Source of the DNA: Mobula hypostoma
Lineage: Eukaryota
Assembly: GCF_963921235.1 (NCBI RefSeq)
Contig: NC_086107.1
Coordinates: forward strand, 98,272,001-98,336,000
Reading direction: 5' to 3'
DNA: 64,000 nt
In this document: positions 63,101 to 64,000 of the stretch, one piece after another
How positions within the stretch are numbered: position 1 is the stretch's first letter
How the letters are laid out: each line of letters begins with the position of its first letter
Notes under the pieces: generated by a model
Told to the model about the DNA's origin: nothing
What the model saw: only the letters and a program-made list of their open reading frames with translations
The model's database searches: none
Program-made: the position numbers and the translations under genes

Positions 63101-63146
63101 TGTGGCTACAGGGGTCACGGGGTATGGAGGGAAGGCTGGGTTCTGA
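60138..63146 (+). CDS. CR1 ORF2 (APE endonuclease plus RT), open from 60126; start given at the predicted frameshift entry
   Basis: All endonuclease and RT motifs intact; no in-frame ATG before 60750. Confidence 0.93.
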   Translation, partial: LEWLGGGNQIKAARCEEVSSQQRDGNQCRETEECKVSVEAKSTKGKSKSGRPTNPGQALKRAKRVVKERLKALCVNARSIRNKVDELKVQIVINDYDIVGITETWLQGDQGWELNVQGYSIFRRDRHEGRGGGVALLVKKEINAIERKDISREDVESIWVELRNTKGQKTLLGVVYRPPNSSSEVGDGIKQEIRNVCNKGTAVIMGDFNLHVDWVNQIGKGAEEEDFLECMRDGFLNQHVEEPTREQAILDWVLSNEEGLISDLVVRGPLGKSDHNMVEFFINMESDVVNSETKVLNLKRGNFEGMRHELAKIDWQMTLQGLTVDMQWQAFKGCMDELQQLFIPVWQKNKSRKVVHPWLTREIRDSINSKEVAYKLARESGSPEDWEKFRVQQRRTKGLIRKGKKDYERKLAENIKTDCKSFYRYVKRKRLIKTNVGPLQTETGELIMGSKDMADQLNNYFGSVFTKEDINNLPEIVRDRGSSEMEELSEIHVSREVVLGKLKGLKADKSPGPDGLHPRVLKEVAQEIVDALVIIFQNSLDSGLVPEDWRVANVTPLFKKGGREKPGNYRPVSLTSVVGKLLESVIKDVITAHLESGEMIGQSQHGFVKGKSCLTNLIEFFEDVTSRVDRGEPVDVVYLDFQKAFDKVPHRRLVCKLKAHGIGGKVLVWVENWLADRKQRVGINGTFSEWQAVTSGVPQGSVLGPQLFTIYINDLDEGIKCSISKFADDTKLGGSVSSEEDAKRMQGDLDRLGEWANSWQMQFNVDKCEVIHFGGKNRKTDYYLNGGRLGKGEVQRDLGVIIHQSLKVGMQVQQAVKKANGMLAFIARGFEYRSREVLLQLYKALVRPHLEYCVQFWSPNLRKDILAIEGVQRRFTRLIPGMAGLSYEERLDELGLYSLEFRRLRGDLIETYKILKGLDRLDAGRLFPMLGRSRTRGHSLRIEGKPFRTDVRKNFFTQRVVNLWNSLPQQTVEASSLAMFKRKLDMALVATGVTGYGGKAGF

Positions 63147-63179
63147 GTTGGATGATCAGCCATGATCATAATAAATGGC

Positions 63180-63245
63180 GGTGCAGGCTCGAAGGGCCGA
63201 ATGGCCTACTCCTGCACCTATTTTCTATGTTTCTATGTTTCTATG
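63180..63245 (+). other. CR1 3' recognition stem-loop and 8-bp terminal repeat
   Basis: ggtgcagg (63180-63187) pairs with cctgcacc (63211-63218), enclosing ggcc-gaat-ggcc; followed by TTTCTATG x3. Confidence 0.85.
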
Positions 63246-64000
63246 AAATCTCAGATAGAGTTTGCCAGAAGGCATGTGGGAGACTCTGATGTCAGTTGAA
63301 AGAAGGTTATACGGTCTGATGAAACCACCATCAGACTTAACGCTATGTTTGGCCTAAGACAAACACCGCACATCATCAAAAACACAACATCCCTACCGTG
63401 AAGCATGGTGGTGGCTGCATCGTGCTGTGGGGACGCTTCACTGCAGCAGGCCCTGGAAGGCTTGTGAAGGTGGAGGGTAAAATGAATCCAGCAAATACAG
63501 GGAAATCCTGGAGGAAAACCTGATGCAGTCTGCAAGAGAACTGCGACTTGGGAGAAGATTTGTTTTCCAGCAAGGCAATCACCCCAAGCGTAAAGCCAAA
63601 GCTACGCAAGAATGGCTTAAAAACAACAAAGGTAATGTCCAGGAGTGACAAAATGGAGACCTCAATCCGACTGAGAATTTGTGGCTGGACTTGAAAAGGG
63701 CTGTTCATTCACGATCCCCATGCAATCTGACAGAGCTTGAACAACTTCATAACAAAGAATGGGGAAAAAAATTGCATGTCCTGATGTGCAAAGCTGATAC
63801 AGACCTATCCACACAGACTCAAGGCTGTAATTGCTGCCAAAGGTACATCTACTAAATACTGACTTGAGGGGGGCAAATACTTGTGCAATCAATTATTTTG
63901 TGTTTTAGATTCAAAAATAATTTAGATCACTTTGTAGAGATCTGTTTTCACTTTGACATGAAAAAGTCTTTTACTGTTGATCAGTGTCAAAAAAGCCAAA

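Larger units (their letters stand above)
58603..63242 (+). mobile_element. Essentially full-length, potentially active CR1 LINE
   Basis: 5' repeats, two uninterrupted ORFs, 3' stem-loop, (TTTCTATG)3 tail; 7-bp TSD atgaaat at 58596-58602 and 63243-63249. Confidence 0.97.
57859..64000 (+). mobile_element. Tc1/mariner transposon (long-TIR type), inactive, split by CR1; right TIR runs off the window
   Basis: TA|caatgcctataaaaagtattcacccc start; 63865-64000 is the reverse complement of ~57935-58066; transposase MKTSQHS...GYKKISKSLNIPWSTV from 58242, resuming EFARRH, SDET, VKHGGG, DLNPTEN to 63862; the second catalytic D motif is mutated (QQGNHPK) and the frame is shifted. Confidence 0.92.

Overview
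Eukaryotic, gene-poor DNA made almost entirely of transposable elements. The repeat mix (abundant CR1 and Rex1/Babar LINEs, V-SINE and tRNA-SINEs, Penelope-derived hairpins, Tc1 elements) suggests a cartilaginous fish; that assignment is inference. I found no host protein-coding gene I could support. The main feature is a young, apparently intact CR1 LINE at 58603-63242. It has about 2.5 tandem 172-173 bp promoter-like 5' monomers, ORF1 (Zn finger, coiled coil, SGNH esterase), ORF2 (APE endonuclease plus RT) and a (TTTCTATG)n tail, and it sits inside a decayed Tc1 transposase with a 7-bp TSD. Its ORF2 has no in-frame AUG until codon ~202 and is entered in the -1 frame from ORF1 at a canonical slippery heptamer, T TTA AAC, directly before the ORF1 stop. 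This points to programmed -1 ribosomal frameshifting. The window also holds truncated sister CR1 copies with a recurrent ATGAAAT 3' junction, Penelope-like remnants carrying minimal hammerhead motifs, a solo LTR with a 4-bp TSD, a ~4 kb 15/16-bp satellite with higher-order structure, an old tandem duplication with conserved blocks, and several multi-layer nested insertions. Boundaries of old elements are approximate and identities were judged by eye.
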